64,000 bases of DNA from a virus, in IMG/VR virus record IMGVR_UViG_3300011116_000925, positions 1 to 64,000 of that record; one strand, written 5' to 3'. The translations under genes were made by a program, and so were the position numbers. The notes below the pieces were generated by a model, which ran no database searches, was not told the origin of the DNA, and was given only the letters and a program-made list of their open reading frames with translations. Of the stretch, positions 38,980 through 48,157 are shown one piece after another. Position 1 is the stretch's first letter, and each line of letters opens with the position of its first letter.

Positions 38980-39071
38980 AATGTTTCTCCTATAAATTTT
39001 GCCATAATGCTTGCCATAATGTATCTAATAAAAAATGCATTACAAGTTACTATAATGCATTTCTATTTATG
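38973..39071 (-). promoter_or_regulatory. Gene-32 leader: late promoter, hairpin and three copies of CATTATGGCAA
   Basis: Plus-strand TTGCCATAATG at 38973, 38999 and 39011; AATGCATTA/TAATGCATT inverted repeat 39034-39061; CATAAATA at 39064-39071. Confidence 0.7.
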
Positions 39072-39107
39072 TCGTCTATATTATAATATTAAAATCTGTA
39101 AGATTGA

Positions 39108-42100
39108 TTATGGTTTTACTCCAGTCTGTAAAGCTTTGGCAGCAGCCATCAATCTTGTTTTGTCTACGAAGTTTTTAGTTGCATCCATCTTATTGGTCAA
39201 TACCTTAGACAAATCCTCAAGACTCATATTATTAATGTCTGATAAACTTGGTCCACCCATTGAGGAAGTACCCATTGAAGACATTGATGGCATCGAATCT
39301 GATGATGAATATCCTGTTGCATTGTTTCCACCATATCCATCTCGACCCATCAATACGGCCATTTTGTAAATCAATTGATTTACAGTTTTCTTATCTTCTT
39401 TCATTGCACTAGGTGCAACTCGACGAACAACTGGTCTCAATGGTTTCTGATTCATAGTCATTGGTCTAATTGCAGGACCTGTTGTTCTTGGAACATTAGA
39501 TGTCTGTTGTGTGGTCGCAGTAGGTGGTTGTGGTTGACCACGTTGAGGAGGCATTGTAGGTGCAAGTTGTGGTTGAGCTGACGCCTGTTGTTGACTAGGC
39601 ATAGATGTGTCTCCAACACCAGGTGACATAGAATTCATCATATTCAACGCTGAATTAAAATCATTTGTCATTTTATCAACTGGATATCCCATTCTAGATC
39701 CCCAATTTCTTAGAGCAGTGATTGCTTCTGGACTATCAATTTTTATATTGGCCTTTCCCAGAGCTTTCATAAAATCAACATAAATTTTATTTGCGTGTTG
39801 ATTTGTTTCTTTTTCTCCAGCAATCTGTGCCTGTTTTCCACGAGCCATTGGACCAAGAGCATTCCATGCTTTTCCCCTAGCCCAAGTACCTAAGTTTTTA
39901 CCTACACCAACAGGTGCTTCACTTAGATTTTTTTTTTGCTTTTTTCGAGATTCAGACATTCCTTTACTTGAAGCGGACATCGCTAATTGTACCTGTTTCA
40001 ATGCATTAGTTAGATGTATTGATAAATTCTTAGGCAAACTTGGAATTGTTTCCCTAATTTTATTATAAACATCTGTTAATATATCCGAATCAGACATTCC
40101 TTCATGAATTGCATTTGGTTCAATTTGTTGATTAGAAGTTGTTGAACCTGCTAGTTCTAATGCTTTGTGAATTTCCTGTAGTGCCTTCATTAAATATTGA
40201 GATATATGTCTTGGTAAACTTGGAATTGTTTCCCTAATCTTGTTATACACATCATTCAATATTTCAGAATCAGACATGCCCTCAGACATTGTTGCTTTTT
40301 CCGTTGGACCCGAAGATGCTTTAACCACATTAATTGCCTGTAACATTGCTTGCATTGCCTGATTCATGTGTTCAGATGCAACCTTTGGCATACTAGGAAT
40401 AGCTTCTCTAATTACATTATAAATTTCACCTAAGATAGTAAGATCTGGTCTTCCTTCATTAATTTGTTTAGATTCAGTAACTTTAGATAAAGACTTCAAT
40501 TCTTTTTTAAGTTTGGCTAGATCTTGTTTCCAATAACGATCATACATATCAGTACCACTGGCTCCGCCATACCAACCTTGATCAGATTCAAGCTTCTTAA
40601 TCTTTCGTTCCAGTGATGCTTTCTTATCAGTATTTTCTAAGGCCTTTTCTTTGCTAGGTTTATTCACGATACGACCATGAGCTGTCATTTCCTTACCACG
40701 AGGAATACCTTTAAATTTAGTAGAATTTTTCTTGATAGCTTCATCTACTGTTTGAACTTCTTTTTCTTTTCGTTTGTCAATCTTCTTTCCTGTTTTATCA
40801 TTTTTCTTTTCTTTTGATAATCTTCTCTTTGTTTCCTCAGTTTCTTTTTTTGTTGACGCTGCTGATTTTCTTGCCTCGTTAACATGTTCTTTATTTTCCC
40901 TATAATCTTTATCGCCCTTATGACCTACAAGCTTGTAAGTTTCATCATGTCCTGCTTTATATGCTTCTATTTCAGATTTATCAGTTAAACTAACTCGTCT
41001 TCCATCTATGATTTTATGTGGGTTTTCTCTACGACCATACCATGCATCTGCACCACCTCTATCAAATGGTCCACCATGTGTTCTATCATATTTAGAATTT
41101 TGTCCATCATCTTCATTTTCTTCTTGAGTCTGTTCTTTTCCAGGCATTATTTTTTCAAGTTCATTTTGAGCCATGCTTCCAATTTTTGCTCCAGTCATTG
41201 CACCAGCTGGAGTTTTTGTTAATGCTCCGCCTGCAACTGCTCCTAATGCTGCTCCTGTAAATCCTTCTGTAATTCTAATTCCGTCTTTTCTTAATGCTTT
41301 GCGAGTAGTATTTTCAAGTATTCTAATTAAATTGTGAGTTTTCAACCATTCAATAATTACCGGCCTTGCATCGTCTTCTGCATTTCGCTCCGCTAGATCA
41401 CTCAACATGAATGATAGTTTTTCATCTTCTATTAAACCAATTAAACTACCAATAGCATTAATGCCATCTTCACCAAGATTAATCTTCGTTTGCATCAATT
41501 CATTGAATTTCTTTTTTTGATCCATACTAGTTGGACTAACATTAACTCCCTCGGTAATTAATCGAGCCCAATCCTTAAAGCTTTCCATATATTTTGTAGG
41601 TGAATTATTTTCTTCTATATCTCCCTTGAATGCGCCTAAGGTATCAGCATTTACAAATGCCTGAACCAATGCTAATGCTCTTTTATATTCAGGACTTGCC
41701 TTTTCTTTTGCAAATGCCATTCTATTATGATGATCATCTAACATATCACTCATACGACTCATAAAATTAGATATTTCTTCATTTTTACCGGAAAATTCAG
41801 ATGCCACATCACTTGCTTTACGAGCAAGTTTACTTGCTCCTTCTGGAGTTCCAATGTCAGTTGACATAGATACTACCAATTTAGGATCAAGTTTTTTAGA
41901 AACCATAACTTGTTTTAGGTAATTCATAACGGCAACCATATTACCAAATACACCTCCTTCTTGATCACGTTCTTTTTCCTGCAGTAAGGCACCAATCAAT
42001 GGCAATGTATCTGACAAACTTTCGTCAAACGACTTAACCGTAAATGTATTCTTTAACATTTGTATCCTATCATCATTAAGTTGTAATTCTGGAGTTGATT

Positions 42101-42953
42101 GCATACTAGCAGACATCTGTCCATATGTCTTTGAGTTGCTCAATTGTTGCAAAATATTCTTAGCATCAATGATATTTTTAGAAACCACATCTAAAATTGT
42201 TGCCGTGCTTTCATTTACCAATCCATTATTCTTAGCATATCTTTGGAATTTCTGTAATTTAGATATCCTACCAGCCCATTCTAAAATTCTTTGGCCAACA
42301 ACATCGTGCATCGTACCACTATTAACCATATGCCGCGCCATTGCACGGCCAGCCCATAGATTATTAACTGGTAATCTAAATCTTTCACCTTGACCATTTT
42401 CAAGATAAATTGATTTTATTGCTCTAGTTCTACTTCCCTTGATATTTTCATCAATTGGTTTCATATGTTTTACAATAAGTTTAATATTATCCAACTTTTG
42501 GTAGCTACTTCGAGATGAACCAAACATAGGGTTCAATGCCTCACTAATTCCATTCATCGCAAGTTCCTTTTCTTTTGATAATTCCAAATTATCTTGTTTG
42601 CTGTCATCAATCGCCTTAGTGAAATCATCTCCAGTAACCCTATTAATCGTAAATCTCACATCTGGTCTCATATCAGCAACACGTTTCAATCGCATTATAA
42701 ATTTTTTATAGATCCCTCGAGATCTATCATCCATATTATCTTCCATATTCGGAGTTACCAATACAAGTAGATTATTAGGATTCAGGATACTTATTGACAT
42801 TTTACCATATGAAAAATATGGAAAACTAATTACTTTTGCAGTTTCTCGGTCTGTTGTTGGCTGCCCATTTTCATCAGTCATAGTCACACTAGTAGGATCT
42901 ATGGAATTAACTACTTCATAGATATCTTTTATGATTCCAGTATCAGCTTGCAT
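39108..42953 (-). CDS. Large multi-module virion (probable internal head) protein
   Basis: 1281 aa, CTAAATA 4 nt before ATG, many (I/V/L/M)xE sites, three ~60-aa internal repeats. Confidence 0.65.
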   Translation of the reverse strand: MQADTGIIKDIYEVVNSIDPTSVTMTDENGQPTTDRETAKVISFPYFSYGKMSISILNPNNLLVLVTPNMEDNMDDRSRGIYKKFIMRLKRVADMRPDVRFTINRVTGDDFTKAIDDSKQDNLELSKEKELAMNGISEALNPMFGSSRSSYQKLDNIKLIVKHMKPIDENIKGSRTRAIKSIYLENGQGERFRLPVNNLWAGRAMARHMVNSGTMHDVVGQRILEWAGRISKLQKFQRYAKNNGLVNESTATILDVVSKNIIDAKNILQQLSNSKTYGQMSASMQSTPELQLNDDRIQMLKNTFTVKSFDESLSDTLPLIGALLQEKERDQEGGVFGNMVAVMNYLKQVMVSKKLDPKLVVSMSTDIGTPEGASKLARKASDVASEFSGKNEEISNFMSRMSDMLDDHHNRMAFAKEKASPEYKRALALVQAFVNADTLGAFKGDIEENNSPTKYMESFKDWARLITEGVNVSPTSMDQKKKFNELMQTKINLGEDGINAIGSLIGLIEDEKLSFMLSDLAERNAEDDARPVIIEWLKTHNLIRILENTTRKALRKDGIRITEGFTGAALGAVAGGALTKTPAGAMTGAKIGSMAQNELEKIMPGKEQTQEENEDDGQNSKYDRTHGGPFDRGGADAWYGRRENPHKIIDGRRVSLTDKSEIEAYKAGHDETYKLVGHKGDKDYRENKEHVNEARKSAASTKKETEETKRRLSKEKKNDKTGKKIDKRKEKEVQTVDEAIKKNSTKFKGIPRGKEMTAHGRIVNKPSKEKALENTDKKASLERKIKKLESDQGWYGGASGTDMYDRYWKQDLAKLKKELKSLSKVTESKQINEGRPDLTILGEIYNVIREAIPSMPKVASEHMNQAMQAMLQAINVVKASSGPTEKATMSEGMSDSEILNDVYNKIRETIPSLPRHISQYLMKALQEIHKALELAGSTTSNQQIEPNAIHEGMSDSDILTDVYNKIRETIPSLPKNLSIHLTNALKQVQLAMSASSKGMSESRKKQKKNLSEAPVGVGKNLGTWARGKAWNALGPMARGKQAQIAGEKETNQHANKIYVDFMKALGKANIKIDSPEAITALRNWGSRMGYPVDKMTNDFNSALNMMNSMSPGVGDTSMPSQQQASAQPQLAPTMPPQRGQPQPPTATTQQTSNVPRTTGPAIRPMTMNQKPLRPVVRRVAPSAMKEDKKTVNQLIYKMAVLMGRDGYGGNNATGYSSSDSMPSMSSMGTSSMGGPSLSDINNMSLEDLSKVLTNKMDATKNFVDKTRLMAAAKALQTGVKP
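39960..40460 (-). repeat. Three ~180-bp intragenic repeats (EGMSDSEILNDVYNKIRETIPSLP)
   Basis: AAACTTGGAATTGTTTCCCTAAT occurs at ~40036 and ~40216; a diverged third copy lies at ~40395. Confidence 0.8.
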
Positions 42954-42978
42954 CTTATATTTAGTCTATTTAAATATT

Positions 42979-44550
42979 CTATCTGAGTACATAGAAAGGT
43001 AATGGAACCTGTTTTTCTATTTCAAATTTCTCTGAAAATTGATTATAAATGCGTTCATCATAACTACTGATATATTGTCCCATTCTAATATTCAACAAGG
43101 TGGCAAGAACCAAATCATCATGTTCACCAATCTTTGCTTTATATGATCCACCTATTGCAATAAATGTTTTAAATTCACTTATCAGAGCTTTGCTATTAAT
43201 TTTAATTCTATCAGATTCAATTAATGTTTTAATTTTACTACAGGCTGAAATTTTAGATTTTTGCGTGGTCGTAAATCCTTTTCTATGTCTTCGAGTATTT
43301 CCCATTTTGGCTGGTTCAGTTAAAAATGTGCCTGGTATATTCTCTTCACCCATTTCTTCAATAACGATTAATGCTGCTTCACCTATTGTATTATTTTCAA
43401 TACTCCAATATATTGGTGCATCATCACCCGCACAATCACGAATAAACAAATTTATTTCTTTGAGTATCTTGATTTGATTTGTAATAACCGTTCTATTATG
43501 TTGCCATTCTGCCACTTGTTCTAATGATGGCAATTCAAATACTTGAATCGCAGCGGAATCTCCACCTGTGCCTAAACTAGGATCCAAACTAGTTAGGTAT
43601 GTATTTCCAGAAGAAGGTAATTTAAACCATCGAACCTGTCCTTGTTTTTGTATAGGTTCTTTTCCTTGCATGTTTGCTAATTTTATTGGATTAATCAAGA
43701 GTTCATCATCTTGAATAAATTCTAAAGCATGTTCTCGTCTAAATTTTTCATCACCAATTCTACTTCTTTCTTCATTAGCCCATGCTTCATCTCTGTCAGG
43801 ATGTGATTTCCAATCACATTTAAATGCTCTAAATCCATTAACTCCCAATTCTTTTTTATTTCCATATTCATCATATGTTCTATTTGCTTCTTTCCAAATT
43901 ACAGCAAATGTATCTTCATCACTATTAGGAGTTGATGTAATAATAGCTTTTCCACCTGTACTAAGAGTTGGACTGATACTGGTCCAAAATTCAGCAGCGA
44001 TACTTGGTCTGACATAGGAAAATTCATCACAATAGAGTAAACTAATAGCAAGACCTCGTCCAGTTGTTTCTGTTGTGGTCGTACTTATTATTCTACTTCC
44101 ATTTATGAATGTAATACTTCCTTTATTATAATCTAATGCTGCATCTCGAATATGATTTGGCACGTTTTCATATGCAAATCGCACTCGATTCATAATTTCT
44201 TGAGAACCACTATATTTGTGGGCAGCGATCAAGATCGTACTATCCGGAATGAACATAGCATACCATAACAAATATGCGGCAGCACAGGTCGTTTTTCCTA
44301 ATTGCCTTCCAAGTAGGTTTATGCTAAATCTGTAATTATGATAGGTATGAACCAAATCCAATTGATATTGGTATGGTTCCAATAATAATCTACCCTTTAC
44401 AGGATGTTGAATATATACGAAATTCTTCATAAAATATACTGGTCCATCTACTGGATCAGCACATTTCATTAATTCCTCTTCTTCTTGTTCTGTATATCGT
44501 ACTTGTGTTGATATGGTTTTAATAAACGTATTTTTGTTATAAGTTGACAT
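42979..44550 (-). CDS. terL: Terminase large subunit (T4 gp17-like)
   Basis: YQ, RQLGKT, GRG, LLYCDEF, ITSTPN, DPSLG.G.D, HDDLV. Confidence 0.95.
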   Translation of the reverse strand: MSTYNKNTFIKTISTQVRYTEQEEEELMKCADPVDGPVYFMKNFVYIQHPVKGRLLLEPYQYQLDLVHTYHNYRFSINLLGRQLGKTTCAAAYLLWYAMFIPDSTILIAAHKYSGSQEIMNRVRFAYENVPNHIRDAALDYNKGSITFINGSRIISTTTTETTGRGLAISLLYCDEFSYVRPSIAAEFWTSISPTLSTGGKAIITSTPNSDEDTFAVIWKEANRTYDEYGNKKELGVNGFRAFKCDWKSHPDRDEAWANEERSRIGDEKFRREHALEFIQDDELLINPIKLANMQGKEPIQKQGQVRWFKLPSSGNTYLTSLDPSLGTGGDSAAIQVFELPSLEQVAEWQHNRTVITNQIKILKEINLFIRDCAGDDAPIYWSIENNTIGEAALIVIEEMGEENIPGTFLTEPAKMGNTRRHRKGFTTTQKSKISACSKIKTLIESDRIKINSKALISEFKTFIAIGGSYKAKIGEHDDLVLATLLNIRMGQYISSYDERIYNQFSEKFEIEKQVPLPFYVLR

Positions 44551-44632
44551 GTATGTAATATACTTATATTATTAAATTAATAAGATTAGTATAAATTCTT
44601 GACTTTACAGATAGATATGTTAAATATAATAT

Positions 44633-45163
44633 ATGAGTGACACACTTCTCCTGAACAAGGACTTTCGTCCTTTAAGCGTATTCCCTCTGAGTGTACTCAA
44701 TTGGAAGACCGCAATCAAATTGATGTTTTTGGATCGAATCAATGTAATCCATTCACATGAAAATTGGAATGTTCATAGTCCTAGTATGACCTTGCCAGTT
44801 CCAAGTGTGGCTGTCACAAAAGAATTCTTCACCATTAAACATGGAATCAAACTTACTAGGAAGAACATTTACATCAGAGATAACTGGCAATGCCAATATT
44901 GTTCTGATGTGTTTGATGACAAGGATCTAAGTATTGATCATGTGCTACCACGTAGCAAGGGTGGCAAAAACGAATGGACTAATCTTGTGACCAGTTGCAA
45001 TACCTGTAATTGGGACAAGGGAAGTAAAATCATTAAACCAATTCGAATGCCATATAAACCTGATTATTTTAGTATGGTCAGTAATTTGGATCTAAATAAT
45101 GTTACAATTAAAGATCCCAGATGGCTAGATTATCTTAAGGCAGGAATGGGAAAGGCAGCTTAA
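44633..45163 (+). CDS. HNH endonuclease
   Basis: LLLN.DF.P N-domain; RD.W.CQYC, IDHVLPRSKGG...W.NLV.SC..CN..KG. Confidence 0.9.
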   Translation: MSDTLLLNKDFRPLSVFPLSVLNWKTAIKLMFLDRINVIHSHENWNVHSPSMTLPVPSVAVTKEFFTIKHGIKLTRKNIYIRDNWQCQYCSDVFDDKDLSIDHVLPRSKGGKNEWTNLVTSCNTCNWDKGSKIIKPIRMPYKPDYFSMVSNLDLNNVTIKDPRWLDYLKAGMGKAA

Positions 45164-45175
45164 AGCTGCCTTTTT
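45151..45175. terminator. Terminator between convergent genes
   Basis: AAAGGCAGCT-taa-AGCTGCCTTTTT. Confidence 0.8.
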
Positions 45176-45181
45176 CATGTC

Positions 45182-46141
45182 TTAGTCGCCTCGCATATTT
45201 GCAAGTTCGTGATCTTCTTGACCTCGTACCGCATGAAATGGTCTAAAATATTCCTTTAGGTCTGCTGGATCTAAGAAATATTCGTGGTCATCAAACATAT
45301 CACCATAAATGCCACTATCGGCGTAATCCCTAATTCCTTGAGCAAAACTCTTAATTTTAATTATACCACTATCTGAAGCCATCATTATATTTGGCTTTCT
45401 AACGTCCATCAAATAGCTATATGAACCACCTTTAAACCAAGCCTTACCTTTGAAATACATTTTCAAAGTTTTAATGATATCATTATTAAATTCTGCTATA
45501 TCTTCATCTGTATGAACTGGCTTTCGCATCACTTCATTGAATTGATCCATTTCGAATATTTCAATATAATCATTTTTATAATTATTATATTTTGTTTCTA
45601 ATTTGTTTGTATCAATACTTTCCTTGATGTTTGATTTTTTACGTTTTGACAATTCTTTTCTAACATTTCGAAGATAAGAAGCAAAAGCTTCTCCTAAATC
45701 TGTATCGTCTTTATATTTGTTCCAAACCTTTTGCAATTTTTCTGTAGTCATCAATGCAATTTTAGATTTCTCTGCACTTTCACCTAAGCGATTATCACCA
45801 CCATCTTTTCCTCTAGAATTTAATCTCTGTAAATTTCTTTTAAGAGCAAATTCTGAATTTGTTTGTTGTGAGGCTGTCATTTCATCTGGTTCATTTGCAT
45901 AATCTTCACCAAATTCTACTTCATGTTTTATTTCTGGTTCAGCAACTGCGACCACTTCTGTTCCAGTATCCAATTTATTTGATGCCATAGAATCAATTTC
46001 TGGTCCTTGATTAGGGACACCACTTAAACGCAATAATGCCATGACTTCATCTGAATATGGAGTATTGAGATTGATATTACTGGTAGATCCATCAGAATTA
46101 GTTTTACTAATTGACAATGAATATGTTTTTTTGTCTTCCAT
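45182..46141 (-). CDS. Probable internal head protein
   Basis: LLRLSGV, YANEPDE and multiple xxE sites (LGE, IKE, FNE). Confidence 0.5.
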   Translation of the reverse strand: MEDKKTYSLSISKTNSDGSTSNINLNTPYSDEVMALLRLSGVPNQGPEIDSMASNKLDTGTEVVAVAEPEIKHEVEFGEDYANEPDEMTASQQTNSEFALKRNLQRLNSRGKDGGDNRLGESAEKSKIALMTTEKLQKVWNKYKDDTDLGEAFASYLRNVRKELSKRKKSNIKESIDTNKLETKYNNYKNDYIEIFEMDQFNEVMRKPVHTDEDIAEFNNDIIKTLKMYFKGKAWFKGGSYSYLMDVRKPNIMMASDSGIIKIKSFAQGIRDYADSGIYGDMFDDHEYFLDPADLKEYFRPFHAVRGQEDHELANMRGD

Positions 46142-46150
46142 AATTATTCC

Positions 46151-46819
46151 TTATCTAACCTTCAATCCTTTAGGATTTCTTGGATCTGGTAATTTATTTT
46201 GTATGCTGCCAATTGGACTTGCTGTTCCACCTTTATCTAATTCTTTAATTGGCATTTCTGGTTTAATGTCACCAGCAGCATACTTATTCATATTTCGATT
46301 CTTAATTCCTTCTTTAACCTTAGCAACTAATTTTTTATTATATTCATCTCCATAATAATCAATTGTGGTTATTTTTGGTGCATCTTTATATTCACTATCC
46401 ATCAATCGGCTCTTGGCCATTTTTTCTTCAGGAGTTAATTTTTTTGAAGATTCTAAATCTTCACGATTTCTAACTAAATTATCTTGATCTAATTCACCTG
46501 GATGATCTGGACCAATTACTCTTACTTCATTCATTGGAATTCGTAACGAATCACTTACAAATTGTTCTAATATTTGATGTGTTACTGGATAACTGCAAAC
46601 TCCATCCATAATCCATAATTCAGTATTTGTTAAATTAGTAAAATCCATAGGCTTTGCTTGAATAATAGTTTTCTTTGGTTCGGTGAGTGATTTCAATCCA
46701 AATTTTACCATACTTTTTTCAAGCAATGATATCATGTCTGATGTAGGTTCTATGGCTAATTTGAGTCTGAATTTATATTCTTTCTCGCTTTCCATCAAGT
46801 ATTTTGTGAAATTTTTCAT
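46151..46819 (-). CDS. Probable virion protein
   Basis: MKNFTKYLMES leader; CTAAATA upstream. Confidence 0.6.
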   Translation of the reverse strand: MKNFTKYLMESEKEYKFRLKLAIEPTSDMISLLEKSMVKFGLKSLTEPKKTIIQAKPMDFTNLTNTELWIMDGVCSYPVTHQILEQFVSDSLRIPMNEVRVIGPDHPGELDQDNLVRNREDLESSKKLTPEEKMAKSRLMDSEYKDAPKITTIDYYGDEYNKKLVAKVKEGIKNRNMNKYAAGDIKPEMPIKELDKGGTASPIGSIQNKLPDPRNPKGLKVR

Positions 46820-46838
46820 ATATTTTCAATCCTATATC

Positions 46839-47324
46839 TTATTTAGTAAATCTTGATTCCTTATTAGCCTTTAATAAAGCATTACGATCTAATATCCGTG
46901 CCTGTCCAGGAATAGAAGTATCAACTGTATTAATTAATTGTTCTTGAATATCAATTCTCTTCTTTTTAATCTGTAGATCAATGATTCTTAATTTTTTATC
47001 ATTCTTATGGATTTGTAGATCAATAGCATTTCTCAACATTTGTGTCGCCACTTCAAATATTTTACCACTAAATCTAGCTTCTAGATTATTTCCTAGTTCC
47101 ATTAAATCATGATAACTTTGTTTCGCAGTTTCAATTAATTCATTAATATCGCTATCATCAGTTAATCCGTTGATTTGTCTTAATGCAGCATCTATTTTAT
47201 CTCGAACTTCGTCTGGCATATCTGTCATAGACATTATATCTAACATAGTTTTTTCAGTCGATTTTGATATTGAATTAGATTCCATTGGATCTAGATCAAA
47301 TACTTCTTCTAAATGTCGAGTCAT
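46839..47324 (-). CDS. Helical late protein, candidate terminase small subunit
   Basis: Coiled-coil, 'R....IFEVA', 'DRNALL'; near gp4 and terL. Confidence 0.35.
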   Translation of the reverse strand: MTRHLEEVFDLDPMESNSISKSTEKTMLDIMSMTDMPDEVRDKIDAALRQINGLTDDSDINELIETAKQSYHDLMELGNNLEARFSGKIFEVATQMLRNAIDLQIHKNDKKLRIIDLQIKKKRIDIQEQLINTVDTSIPGQARILDRNALLKANKESRFTK

Positions 47325-47331
47325 AATTTAC

Positions 47332-47763
47332 TTATTTCTTAGTATTTTTAAAAAGATCATGTTCAGTCAATATTCTAAATGTGATATTATTTTGTTTGCA
47401 CCAACTTTGAGCAGCTTTCCATTTTGCTTCATTTATTATGGCATGCATTTTATTAATATTACTTCTGCCTGCATTCTCTAGAGTAGTTTGTGAACTTGGT
47501 TTTATTTCAATCAATTCACAGATCTGTTCCTGATTTTTATTTTTATATATAATTAAAAAATCAGGAACATAAGTTGTCTTTTTATTTGTAGTCGGATTTA
47601 TATATGGAATTCGTAGTGGTTCACTTGCCCATTTAATCACACTATTATTTTCATCAAGAAATTTCATAAAATGACCTTCCCAACTACTTCTAAACCTAGG
47701 TTTGTTATTTCCAATATATTTGTGTTGGTTTTTAATTTTATAAAAACCCTGAGCCCATTTCAT
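47332..47763 (-). CDS. Head completion nuclease (T4 gp4-like, TnsA fold)
   Basis: KYIG..PRFRSSWE, WASE..IPY, YVPDF, EIKP, N.AKW.AA, ILTE. Confidence 0.88.
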   Translation of the reverse strand: MKWAQGFYKIKNQHKYIGNNKPRFRSSWEGHFMKFLDENNSVIKWASEPLRIPYINPTTNKKTTYVPDFLIIYKNKNQEQICELIEIKPSSQTTLENAGRSNINKMHAIINEAKWKAAQSWCKQNNITFRILTEHDLFKNTKK

Positions 47764-48143
47764 TATTCAACCAACATATGTTCTACCAATGTATTTGTGG
47801 TCGTAGAAATTCTAAAACCAATATAACTATTTTTTGTTCTAGATCTGTTTAATAACTGTGCTGTTTGATAATTCAATTGCAGTCCATTGGGAGTATATAA
47901 ACTTTTTGCCAATTGAAAACTGTTTATTCCAGCGACCTTAGCTTCTGCCAATATACTGAATGTTAGAGTATATGTACTCACATCATCTAAACGTAATGAT
48001 TTAAATAACCCATAGACCATACCAAATTCATTTGTATCAAAACTAAATGTTTGATTATAAAATCCATTATAAAAACTCAGAGTTATGTTTGGATTAGTAG
48101 GTGGTAAATTTGTTACTGGATAATTTACGGTTGTCGAAGACAT
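47763..48143 (-). CDS. Hypothetical virion protein
   Basis: AATAAATA 4 nt before ATG; LN..R...S.IG motif. Confidence 0.6.
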   Translation of the reverse strand: MSSTTVNYPVTNLPPTNPNITLSFYNGFYNQTFSFDTNEFGMVYGLFKSLRLDDVSTYTLTFSILAEAKVAGINSFQLAKSLYTPNGLQLNYQTAQLLNRSRTKNSYIGFRISTTTNTLVEHMLVE

Positions 48144-48157
48144 ATAATATTTATTTG

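Noticed and set aside
38973-39021. CRISPR-like mini array
   Set aside because: The repeats are only 11 nt with 15-nt and 1-nt spacing, and no cas genes are present. A translational leader element fits better.
39960-40460. DGR template/variable repeat pair
   Set aside because: The repeats are in-frame tandem protein repeats, differences are not adenine-specific, and no reverse transcriptase is in the window.
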